Assembly: GCF_026571515.1 (NCBI RefSeq)
Contig: NW_026859731.1
Span: 434,001 to 498,000, forward strand
DNA from: Ruditapes philippinarum
Taxonomy: Eukaryota
Length of the DNA stretch: 64,000 bases
Direction: 5' to 3'
The translations under genes were made by a program, and so were the position numbers. Below are positions 50,470-62,097 of the stretch, in pieces. The notes under the pieces were generated by a model that saw only the letters and a list, made by a program, of their open reading frames with translations, ran no database searches and was not told the origin of the DNA. Numbering within the stretch: the first letter of the stretch is position 1; every line of letters starts with the position of its first letter.

Positions 50470-52109
50470 CTCTATACTATAAATATTATGTACATAATCA
50501 TTTGCCGTTATTTTTTAATTATTTGCTTATATTTTTTTCAATTATTGATAGAATGTCGATCTCCTGTGTTGTTTACACAATTTCTAAATGTGTTTGCTAA
50601 ATTCTATATGTTTACGATATTCATAATTATTTAATACACATGTAAATGTAAAAGGATATCTTACCTTTTATCCAACTGATAGGAGACCAAAAGGTCATGC
50701 ACTTTGTTTATTTTGTTTGTAGAAGGGAAGTAACCCTAGAAAGTACTTTAACTATCCGATGGCCGGGCATTGGAGGTTAGGTTCCAGTACTGTACAGAAT
50801 GAAACGGTGTAGAAAAAGAAGCTATACGTATTTTGTGAACCACGCATTCCGATGGCTGTGTCAACCACGCATTTCTCTTTGCATTAAACGCACTAAAACA
50901 AAACCGGTTATCGTTTTTGTTTTGTTTTTCTTGTTCTTTTTTTTTTGGTAATGTTGAATATTGTAAAAATATGTAAAAAGGCTATACTTCCTTATCAACC
51001 ATGCATTCCGATTTAGAATCTAGTAATTATATTCAAGCGCATACATAAAATTTGTTACCATTTACAAATGGCTCTAGATTCAACGAAACATGACATAACT
51101 TATAAATATTGTCATTTATATATATTGTCAATCAGGTATTCCGTTTTGGACATTATGCATTTTTTATAAGAAATGTTCTATTTGAAAGACCCTCCTGACA
51201 TGCAAGAACCTTATATTCTAGCACACGTGTAGACCCTTACTTAAGTCGTTCATAGTCAGTTTTCTTAAATTTAGACACCATTTCGCAATCATGAAATAAT
51301 AAGAGTATTCAAAGTTTTGAAATAAATTGGATTTATGTGGGCCGGGCTATTTCTAGGGAAAGTAGAGACAATATGGATACTTTTGCTTTTTCGCAAGCAC
51401 GCTATACCTTGTTTGTGGCGTTTAGTTTATCATTTGGGAATATTTCCTACATGTTTAAAACTATGAACCTGCATGATCAGTAGGACAATCTCCTATCGAT
51501 AGTTGAAACTTGGCTACTTAATACTAATATTATATATGACATTAATTCCAGTGTGCTTTTGCTTCACCTGTATTTACAAATACAATCGTGTATATACATG
51601 TACGTGATATCAAGGATATCTTGAAGGCCGGTAGGGTTTTATTTTATTTATATCTGATTCTCATCACTGTTTTCAAATAGATTTTTGAAAGACCCTGGCC
51701 TGATCTCATGCATAATAAATAAACAAGGTCAAAATACGGAAAATAGTATTTGGCATGCGTTTTGCTGAAAGGTTTAATAAAGAGCAAATAAATAAGTAAA
51801 TGTAATCACGGATAATATAAATCCGTGATGTAAAGTATGTAATAATACATGAAAGGTGGGGGGGGGGGGGAGACTAAAATCCTGTATGTATATCCACGGA
51901 CTTATATTATAATTATTGTAATATAAATCCGTGGTATATCTCATACATGATAGGTGAAGATTTGGAAAATCTGTATTTTGCAGACAGAATTATTTCAAAG
52001 ACCCTGATATGAGATATACAGGTTTTCCTTATTTCCACATATTATTTCATATTTTGCTCATTATTTTACCTGTCTGAAAATTTCAATCAATACTTTTCCA
52101 TATATCAGA

Positions 52110-53586
52110 TTTTTTGCGACGGACGCGCCCTCAGGCGCGTTCAGAGCTAAGTCATCTACACATGGGATGTCGTCTGCTACAATCGCGCAAAGTGTCCTCA
52201 ACCGATTAACAGCCCAAGAAATAGTACATGAATTTGATCCTTTAAAACTCCCATACTATGTCGGGATATCTTAAAATCTTCCATATTAAGCCTTTTCAAT
52301 TTCAAATTAAGTTATCCAAGTTAAAATATGAACGTATATGATTGATAAAAACGTTGTAGCCCCGTAGTATTATTGCGCAATATGCAAATTACTGCCGAAA
52401 CGATTTACTGCTGTCGAAAAAGTAGGACAGCAAATTATACTATAATAAAGGTGTAAGCTCTGAGTTCCAAGAAATTATTAGTAGGAAATAAATATTTCTA
52501 CATTATACAAAACATTATTATTAACAAATCATAAGTTTTTCGTGACTCTAGAATAACTCGCGTATTAATAAAAGATGAACTATTTTCGTGACTCATACCG
52601 TGGGTTTAGCTGAATATTCACCAGTTATCAATACATTAGATACAGTACAATGGTTAGTATAAATATCTATTTTTGAAAATGCATGTAACAAGAGAGTTTT
52701 TCAACACTTTACCACCATGTAGTCTTTCATGGTAATCTTTATTGAAGGAACTTATAATATCAGTTCTACTTCCGATTCTTGTGGTTTGTTTACATATTTT
52801 TCTAGGTCACGATATGAGTTAACCTTCGCTATTCTAAAAATAGATTCTGCTTTACCTGTGCTGATTTTCGGACAGTAGGGAGTACACATTATACATGTTA
52901 TAAACCAGCAGATACTTACTTTGTTCACGTGCAATACTTTTAGAAATTCTATACAATTGTAAGAAGCAAACAAGTTGAAAATGGAATTTAGTGTGAACAT
53001 GAAAAGGACAACTAAACACTGTAGTGCTTAAGTGACATTTAAATTAAAATAAAAACGATGTGCTCTGGCCCTTGTAAATAAAAAAAATCTAAAAAATACA
53101 CTTTTAATTGCTGATGATTTTAACCAAAAATATTTTTAATGAGACGTACATATCCAAGAGAAATAAAAATACAAATGACTTATATTTTATTGTCTATATG
53201 CCCACTATGTTAAATCACGAAGCAATTCTAAATAACATTCTCACATGTATTATGTTTGAAGTTTATTTGCATGGTTTTATTTTAGAAATATTTCGTTGAC
53301 AGTTTTTTTCTATTTACATATCATTTCTTGGTATAAATTGATAATGACACTGATTTACAAGTTTGACCAGAGGTTTTAGGCAAAAATTTCATTCTGTATC
53401 TAAATGCTTGAAAGTAGAAAATCTGGATTATATCAGATTGGGACACAAAATATATTGCTCTACAAATCTCGAACTTGTATGGAACAAATTTTCTCTGTTA
53501 TGTATTTTGTGTTTTTTTTCCCTAAAAAACCCTAAATGTCTCTCCGGTTGCATGCCCGTCGCATTCAGTGCTGCAGCACTTTGATT
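52110..53586 (+). mobile_element. ~1.48-kb Helentron-type element, copy 2, ending ~310 bp upstream of the kinase ATG
   Basis: End-to-end similarity to 47343-48824 with the same termini and unrelated flanks. Confidence 0.8.
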
Positions 53587-53839
53587 AAATAATACTATTA
53601 TAAATTAAGTCAGTATCTTTCCCATTCACACGTTATGACAAAAGATTCAACACCCCCTATTGTAATCTAAATAAATTCCCCGTTTTCCCATGATTTTAGT
53701 CATACCGATCGGAATGCGTGGTTGACATAACGACCGGAGTACGTGGTTTACATTTTCGAAAAGTCAATCGCAACTTTTCGGCCCTTTGATATAGTCATAA
53801 TGATAATAGCCGAGCACATTCCGATTGAAGAAAAAGTTT

Positions 53840-53849
53840 GGGAATTCCC
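53840..53849. promoter_or_regulatory. Palindromic NF-kB site
   Basis: GGGAATTCCC fits GGGRNWYYCC, ending 47 bp before the ATG at 53896. Confidence 0.65.
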
Positions 53850-53895
53850 ACCGGATATCTACTTTCTTTATCGGGAAAAAGACGTCATCCTCAAA

Positions 53896-56094
53896 ATGGA
53901 AAGTAAGAAGTTAAGAGGGACAGAACATTATGTATACAGTGTTGAAGACCTTATTGGAAAGGGGGCAACATGTGAAGTATTTAAAGGGATTCATAAGGTC
54001 ACAGGTGAAGTTCATGCATTAAAGATATTTGAGCGCAGGTTAGGGGGCGTAGCACAGAGAGAGATTGAGGCACTGAAAACACTGAATCATGAAAATATTG
54101 TGGCTTTCATGGGGCAGGAAGTTGATAAAGATACAAACCGAGTGGTGGCTGTCATGGAGTACTGTGAAAAAAGTCTGTACATGGCTTTGTGTGAATCCGA
54201 GAATAGATACGGTCTAACAGAGGACGAGTTTATTCGGTTTTTCAAGCATACAGTTGAAGGAATGAAACATCTACGAGAACATGGTTTCCTCCATAGAGAT
54301 ATTAAACCAGGAAATATACTTATAGCACAGGACCAAGATGGTAGCAATATTTACAAACTTTCTGACTTTGGAACAGCAAAGCCAGTCCTTGAAACAGAAG
54401 CTTTTCAGTCCTTAGTCGGAACAGAAGAATATCTTCATCCAAACATATTCCGAGCAGCTTTTATTGATCAAGGCATGTCAAGAGAGTTTGATGCTGCTTC
54501 TGACCTTTGGAGTCTGGGTGCAACCCTTTACCATACTGTCACTGGCCGAGTTCCCTTCGTGCCATACCAGGGAAGAAACAACAAAGCATTGATGTTTAAG
54601 ATGATAGCACACAAACAGTTTGGAGTGATAGCGGGAGAACAAAGAACTCAGAATGGTGATGTAATATGGTCCACTGACTTACCTTCAACTTGTAGAATGT
54701 CAAGATGGCTGAAAGATGCACTGACCGAGATTCTGTGCCGTCTGCTTGAAAGTGACCCAAAAAGGGCAATGACCTTTGAAACATTTTTCATGGCAGCTGG
54801 AGATATATTGAGTCGACATATAGTTTATGTTTTTTCGACAACCTCAGCAAGACACTTCAGACTTTATTTACAAAAGGAATGTGTGTTTTCTGATGTACAG
54901 CAAGAAATATTTATAGAAACAAACATTCCACCAAGGGACCAACTGATAAACTATGAAGAATGTCTGCTCAGGGATATTATATCAGAAACAGATACCGTCA
55001 GTCAATATCCAAAGATGAGTTTGGCCACACCCCTGGTTCTGGTTCGATCAACGGAAGTAGAGCAGTGTATCATGCCTGATGAAAAGAACTTCTGGTACAA
55101 TGAGAACCTTTCTGTATGTACCCCGACTTTCACAGAGTCTGTGTGGAACTTGGATGAGGATTACAGATTGGCCAAGTCAGTCTGTGACAGTATAGCTCTC
55201 ATACAGTCATACATTGAGCAGGGTTGTCTGACACAAGACCTCTTTGAGAAAACAATCAACAGGACAGAGCGCTGGAAGGAGGTGTTGATAAATCGACTAC
55301 AGACAGAGGTGAATTTGTACCGTGACCGAGTTAAGGATTTGCGTCACATTCACCGAGCAATAATGGAAAACGGAGCCGTACAATGTGTTACAACTACAGC
55401 TGGACTCTCAATAGAGCATCCTAAGGCAAGGATAAGTAATTGCCTAGCTTATATGGACACCATTAAGAACATGAAAACAGACAGAGGGTATAAGCTGTAC
55501 ATGAGCGGGTGTGTGGATGGTAACAAATGTCAAAAGAAAATCAGTAGGCTATTACAACAAGCTAAAGATAAGAGAGGAATTATGGAGAGCAGGAAAAAAA
55601 GAAGGTCGCTACAGTACCACGAAGAGCAGTTACATCGGTTTGACAGGAAGGAATTGATAAAGTTACATAATGCAGCACTTAAATTGTGGTCAGCACACTG
55701 TCAGATTAAATTGAAGGCTGTACATGAACACTTTCTATCATGGCATAGGTCATTCGCTCAGCTTCAGACACAGATGGAAGCCTTACAAAAAGAAATCAAA
55801 GTAACCAAATCTACCATCAAAAAGTATGTGATGAATTTCAAGGTAAGCTCAGAACCGACTTCTCTTATGAGTACCAGTTCAAGCCTAGCCCTTGATGAAC
55901 TGAGCACTTTGGAAACAGATGGAAACAGAAGATTGGATGTTGTAAAGACCGAACAACAAGAAGTGAAGAGAATCGTGAGTGAAAATAGAGAAATTCATAA
56001 CAGAAGCATGCAGATGATGTCACTTGATGATGGTTTAACAGATTTCCCAACCCTTACCAGTACTGAGTCAGGGCAGTCATCAGACTCTAAATAG
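53896..56094 (+). CDS. Intronless TBK1/IKK-epsilon-family serine/threonine kinase, 732 aa
   Basis: AAAATGG start; GKGATCEV G-loop, ALK, HRDIKPGN, DFG..FQSLVGTEEYLHP (TBK1/IKKe-type SLxGTEEYLHP), DLWSLG, ubiquitin-like domain, scaffold motif LQYHEEQLHRFD, C-terminal coiled coil. TBK1 vs IKBKE orthology cannot be resolved by eye. Confidence 0.95.
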   Translation: MESKKLRGTEHYVYSVEDLIGKGATCEVFKGIHKVTGEVHALKIFERRLGGVAQREIEALKTLNHENIVAFMGQEVDKDTNRVVAVMEYCEKSLYMALCESENRYGLTEDEFIRFFKHTVEGMKHLREHGFLHRDIKPGNILIAQDQDGSNIYKLSDFGTAKPVLETEAFQSLVGTEEYLHPNIFRAAFIDQGMSREFDAASDLWSLGATLYHTVTGRVPFVPYQGRNNKALMFKMIAHKQFGVIAGEQRTQNGDVIWSTDLPSTCRMSRWLKDALTEILCRLLESDPKRAMTFETFFMAAGDILSRHIVYVFSTTSARHFRLYLQKECVFSDVQQEIFIETNIPPRDQLINYEECLLRDIISETDTVSQYPKMSLATPLVLVRSTEVEQCIMPDEKNFWYNENLSVCTPTFTESVWNLDEDYRLAKSVCDSIALIQSYIEQGCLTQDLFEKTINRTERWKEVLINRLQTEVNLYRDRVKDLRHIHRAIMENGAVQCVTTTAGLSIEHPKARISNCLAYMDTIKNMKTDRGYKLYMSGCVDGNKCQKKISRLLQQAKDKRGIMESRKKRRSLQYHEEQLHRFDRKELIKLHNAALKLWSAHCQIKLKAVHEHFLSWHRSFAQLQTQMEALQKEIKVTKSTIKKYVMNFKVSSEPTSLMSTSSSLALDELSTLETDGNRRLDVVKTEQQEVKRIVSENREIHNRSMQMMSLDDGLTDFPTLTSTESGQSSDSK

Positions 56095-56107
56095 CTGAAG
56101 TAGTAAT

Positions 56108-56248
56108 CAGACAAGATTTATAATGAGCAGTAATGTGATGGAGTGCAACAGTCAGTAGTGATAATAAAGTAGTAATGTGAAGGTGTTGTACAGACAAGAT
56201 TTATAATGAGAAGTAATGTGATTGAGTGTAACAGTCAGTTGTGATAAT
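56108..56248 (+). repeat. 83-bp-period duplication in kinase 3' UTR
   Basis: CAGACAAGATTTATAATGAG..AACAGTCAGT.GTGATAAT at 56108 and 56191. Confidence 0.85.
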
Positions 56249-57211
56249 TAGAAGAAATGCTGTATAAAAGTGTTAAAGAAATGTGATTTGTTTTATGTGC
56301 AGTGTAACTGTGTTATGATTTTACAAAAGAAATGTAGACATAAATTATAATAGCTAGGTTTGACATTGTGTTGGATGATTGACAGACAAAGTGTGAACTA
56401 GTGGACTAGATTTGTTGAAATATACTATAGTCAAGAGTGTCATAATTATTTGTCTTTCCAAGGAACCTTAAGAATAAGTTCAACATATAACAGGGAATCC
56501 CCTAATACAGTATCAAAGACAGATGATAAGTTCTTCTTAGCATAAGATATACTATTGTGTAACTGTATGAATGAGTTATATTTAACCAATTTGCTGTAAA
56601 CATAGATCTATTAATATAATCTTTATATTTCTGATTTATTGATTAATATGAATTCTTCCATGTATTTTATGTAATAGACTACAAATTTATATTATGTTAT
56701 TGTTTGTAAACCACTTTTTTTTAATGAAACATTGTATTTGTATTTTTACTGTTTCAACTACACTTTAAGTAAAGTTATATCATAAATGCATAATTAACAT
56801 TTCTTTGTTGGAGACATGACAAATACATACTGTTTAGATTTTTGTTATTTTGTTAATTTTAGATTAAATTCCAATAAATTCTGTTTTAAAATTTTACATA
56901 GATCTCCAATCCCACAAATATTATTAAGGTCTATTAGTTAAATCAAAGTGTAGATTTTTAAAACATATTATTCCTACTTTGTATTGTGGTACTAATAGGT
57001 TATGCTCTTAGCCAAGAATTAATAGATAGATTGATAGATAATTTATTGACGTATACATTTAGTACATAGTCATTTCACACACATTTGTATAGTATAATTA
57101 AAACACAATATCATGGTACATGAACAAAAGTTTTAGCACAAAATATTCAGTTTACATATTAATCATAATAGCTGTTGATGACATAACATTATGTTAAGAA
57201 TTAAATGTTAT

Positions 57212-57667
57212 TAGAGCTAATTCAGTGCAAAACATATTGATGATACCTCTATATTGGTTGACAAATATTGGCGATACACCAATATATCGATAAATACTAT
57301 TATTTCCATGTACGTGTATATTAAACTTTTTCATACCTGTTTAAATGATTTTAATAAAATAAATGTTCTGTTCATGCAAAAATGTTGTGTCCCGTCTTAA
57401 ATGGACCTTTGCATGATTTTTTCTGACTTATATTTTGTCGTCACTTCTATGGAATATGTCCATTATGAAACAACAGCTTAGTGTTAGACATGGCCACTTG
57501 CATTTATATATGTTTTAAGTGAATTTTCATAATTTATAGACTTTTAAATAATTTAATAATTAAATTGATTTATAAAAATAATCAATTGTTTCAAATGCAT
57601 ATCGATTATTGATTGACAGAAAAGTGTTAGCGATACATCGATGTAGTCTCTATCGATGACAGCTCTA
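57212..57667. mobile_element. hAT-type MITE
   Basis: TAGAGCT...AGCTCTA ends; 8-bp TSD AATGTTAT at 57204-57211 and 57668-57675; subterminal CGATA motifs. Confidence 0.8.
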
Positions 57668-58659
57668 AATGTTATACATGAATAACATTCATACCTATAT
57701 TAAATCTCATATAATACGAACATAATTACATGGTTAACAAAGAATTTTAAGCATTTTGTAAAAATATCTCTTACATTTCAACATTTTCTGTAGTTAGTAA
57801 ACATTAGATTACATCTGTCAAAAATAATTCCTGAACAATAATTAAGCCTGGAATTTATTGTAAATGAGAAGCTTTATACATTTATGTATATGATTTTACT
57901 TGCATTAATAGTATTTTTAACAGAGTCTAAAGTTATAGTCATTGAATTTAAGATTTTTAATTTACTGGCCCGATTTCCAGTTTTGAATTTATTCTACTAT
58001 ATATTGAAGTTATTTTAACTAAATTTTCTTAAAATTTACACTGGCCCGAACTAATTTACACTGGCCATGGGCCACCAGGCCAGTGCTTAATTTGTTGACT
58101 GCTAAAGTCACAAGTGAAATAAACTTTTTGTTTTGTAGGCTTAAATGGCAAAAATAAGGACTAAAATAGGTTTTTCATAAATCATTATATTTTGGTTCAC
58201 TGGGAGAAAATGATACTCGTTTTCTATTACATTCATATTACATTTGTTACATATTTGTTCATTTTTTAGAATAAATAGTTGTATCCCTTTTTCAGTCATT
58301 AAATCATGAGATGATAGTGGAAATCATGTTAATGCTATTATAAATTTATTGTTTTGTATTAAATCTAGGTATCATTCTAATGATAATTAATTCTTGTACA
58401 AGGTATAAGCTAGACTGTACATAATCTGTTTAATGTTCTTATTTCCGCAGCTCAAGATTGTTTATATATATCTATTATTCTTTGTTTGATTGTTTTTAGT
58501 GATAATATGATTTCTGCATTATGTGATAACCAAATAATTATTTGACATACATATTTCATCTAAAATTTGTTGAACATGTCTGACCAAATCAAGGTCATTT
58601 AATCATTATAGATACATATGTATTTCCATTGTCAATATCATCATTACCATAAATATATT

Positions 58660-59020
58660 GTACATCCGTTTATCACATACCCATGCCAAATTTGCAACTC
58701 TGTAAAAATGGTATTGCACGGCCATGCATATGTTTTTATGTGACATCATTTATGTTATACAAACATAGTGTACAAATGCATTAAATTTGTTAGTGTTACA
58801 CTGTAGGCATCTATTAAAAAAGGATTCTTTTGCACTTTAAACAGTCTTTATTTTGGGTAAGTGATAAATAGAATATTATATTCGTGTAGCTTCATTGCTG
58901 ATTTTTTAAAACTTTTTAAATAAAACAATATTTTGCTTGCCAAGGGCTCGCATAATATAGATTTATACGACTTGTGTAATAAATTTAGTATTGAATCTAC
59001 ACTCATTTGATATCCTCTAT
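58660..59020. mobile_element. Interspersed repeat, CpG-decayed copy 2 of 49415-49772
   Basis: Colinear similarity to 49415-49772. Confidence 0.7.
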
Positions 59021-59381
59021 TTAATTAATGTATTATCAGCAGACTTAAGTATTTTTATCCAATATTTAATTAAATTAAATTAACGTTGTCATGCCATAGT
59101 ATATCTTTCTAGTTCTCTATATATAGAAACAAGATTAGTTGTTTTTTCAAACGCATAATAATTTTCTCATGGATTTATTAGGAATAATTTCTTTATCCTT
59201 TGCAATATGGTATCCATAGATTTCTTAACCATAATTTAAAATTGATTGTACTAGACTATCTAATAAGCTACATTTTTTCTTTAGTGTTAAGACTTAATTT
59301 GTTGTAAATGATATAATATAAGTTATGAAGTGCGTGTAAAGAGTGTTTTGCTATGTGTATTTTTTCCTATTCAAGTTGTCG

Positions 59382-62097
59382 TTTTTAGCTCGACTTTTTT
59401 TTTTGAAAAAAAAATAGAGGTATTGCTACAGTCAGGTCGGCGTTGCCGTTGCCGTTGCCGTTGCCATTGCCGTTGCCGTTGCCGTTGCCGTCCGAAAACT
59501 TGTACCTGGATCATAACTTTTTTATTTCTTTGTGTATTGTCTTCATACTTGGCCACAACAACCCTTGGGACAAGACCTTTCAGTAGACCACACTAACCTT
59601 GACCTTCATCCATAAATGACCTTGACCTTCAAGGTTAAAAGTCCAATTTTTGCTTGTTCATGCTGTTATTGGCTGTAACTTTGTTATTTTTGAATGGATT
59701 GTCTTCAAACTTGAACATAATAATCTTTAAGGATATCCCTTAAAAATAACCAGCCAGACCTTGACCTTCACTCATAAATGACCTTGACTTTGAAGGTCAA
59801 ATTATTGAAATTTTCATTTTTTTGGCTTTTATTGGCTGTAAGTTTGTTATTTTTGAATGGATTGTCCTGAAACTTGAACATAATAATCTTCAAAGATTAC
59901 TGTTAAAGATATACCGGAAGACCTTGACCTTCACACATTAATGACATTGTATTTGAAGGTCAAATTATTGAAATTTTCATTGTTTTGGCGGTCACTGACT
60001 GTAACTTTGCTATTATTGAAGGGATCAACTTCATATTATTAGAGAACATTCTTAAGGACCAGACCTTGTTGTTTATCAAACCCAACTTTGCTTGGGCTCT
60101 TAAATGACCTTGACCTTGAAGGTTAAATTACTGAATTTTCTCAGATTTGTGCAGTAAATGACCATATTTAAATATTTATTGGTGTGTGTGTGTCTATATA
60201 TATATATTTACAACAACAACAACAATAACTAAAATTGTGTCATTGTTTCTATTTATAGAATTGCGTCATTGTTTCTATTTATAGAATTGCGTCATTGTTT
60301 CTATTTAGAGAAATTGGGTCATTGTTTTTTTTGTTTTTTTTTATAGAAATGCGTCATTGTTTCTATTTTTAGAGATTGCATCATTTTTTCTATTTTTAGA
60401 AATTGCATCATAATTTCTATTTTTAGAAATTGCATCATTTTTTTCTATTTTTAGATATTGCGTCATAATTTCTATTTTTAGTATTTTTAGAGATTGCATC
60501 ATTTTTTCTATTTTTAGAAATTGTGTCATAATTTCTATTTTTAGAAATTGCGTCATAATTTCTATTTTTAGAAATTGCGTCATTGGTGCTATTTTTAGAT
60601 ATTGCGTCATTTTTTCTATTTTTAGAAATTGCGTCATAATTTCTATTTTTAGTATTTTTAGAGATTGCATCATTTTTGCTATTTTTAGCAATTGCGTCAT
60701 AATTTCTGTTTTTAGAAAATTGCATCATTGGTGCTATTTTTAGAATTTTGCATCATTGTTGCTATTTTTTAGAAAAATGCGTCATTGTTTCTAATTTTAG
60801 AGATTGTGTCATTTTTTCTATTTTTAGAAATTGCGTCATAATTTCTATTTTTAGAAATTGCGTCATAATTTCTATTTTTAGAAATTGCGTCATTTTTTCT
60901 ATTTTTAGAAATTGCGTCATTTTTTCTATTTTTAGAAATTGCGTCATTTTTTCTATTTTTAGAAATTGCGTCATTTTTTCTATTTTTAGAAATTGCGTCA
61001 TTTTTTCTATTTTTAGAAATTGCGTCATAATTTCTATTTTTAGAAATTGCGTCATTGGTGCTATTTTTAGAAATTGCGTCATTTTTTCTATTTTTAGAAA
61101 ATTGCGTCATAATTTCTATTTTTAGAAATTGCGTCATTGGTGCTATTTTTAGAAATTGCATCATTTTTTCTATTTTTAGAAATTGCGTCATAATTTGCGT
61201 CATTTTTTCTATTTTTAGAAATTGCGTCATTTTTTCTATTTTTAGAAATTGCGTCATAATTTCTATTTTTAGAAATTGCGTCATTGGTGCTATTTTTAGA
61301 AATTGCGTCATTTTTTCTATTTTTAGAAATTGCGTCATTATTTCTATTTTTAGAAATTGCGTCATTGGTGCTATTTTTAGAAATTGCGTCATTTTTTCTA
61401 TTTTTAGAAATTGCGTCATAATTTCTATTTTTAGAAATTGCGTCATTTTTTCTATTTTTAGAAATTGCGTCATTGGTGCTATTTTTAGAAATTGCGTCAT
61501 TTTTTAGAAATTGCATCATAATTTCTATTTTTAGAAATTGCGTCATAATTTCTATTTTTAGAAATTGCGTCATTGGTGCTATTTTTAGAAATTGCGTCAT
61601 TTTTTCTACTTTTAGAAATTGCGTCATAATTTCTATTTTTAGATATTGCGTCATAATTTCTATTTTAGTACATCTAGAAATTGCGTCATTTTTTTCTTTT
61701 TTTAGAAATTGCTTCATTTTTTCTATTTTTAGAAATTGCGTCAATTTTTCTATTTTTAGAAATTGCATCATTGTTGCTATTTTTAGAAATTGCATCACTT
61801 TTTTATTTTTAGAAATTATGTCATTTTTTGTATTTTTAGAAATTGCGTCATTTTTTCTATATTGAGAAATTGCGTCATGTTGCTATTTTAAGAAATTGCG
61901 TACTGTTGCTATTTTTAGAAATATGCTTAATGTTTCTATTCATATATATACAAAATATATAAAGAAAACTAATGTGACAAGACAGACAAACTAAATTTAT
62001 AAAAAGGAAACGTTAATATATGTTCAAACCTTTCTATGTTTGCGTTTAGAAAAAGTAAAAAGTCGAGCGTTGCCCCCGCCCGGCGGTGGCTCTTGTT
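59382..62097 (+). mobile_element. Non-autonomous Helentron (HINE) carrying ~165-bp repeats and a 27-bp satellite
   Basis: TTTTTA start, subterminal IR GCTCGACTTTTT / AAAAAGTCGAGC, (GCCGTT)n, GC-rich 3' hairpin then CTTGTT. Confidence 0.88.
60230..61920. repeat. 27-bp satellite, roughly 60 copies
   Basis: AAATTGCGTCAT(AATTT/TTTTT/TGGTG)CTATTTTTAG; gives the 9-residue repeats in the ORF track. Confidence 0.96.

Noticed and set aside
53743-53895. 51-aa N-terminal extension of the kinase ORF in the track
   Set aside because: Starts at GTG (the in-frame ATG at codon 20 lies inside the mini-element) and overlaps promoter motifs; ATG 53896 has strong context and gives TBK1-like length.
60341-61865. 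Long repetitive ORFs (MTQFLKIEK)n and similar
   Set aside because: Products of a 27-bp satellite open on both strands inside a transposon.
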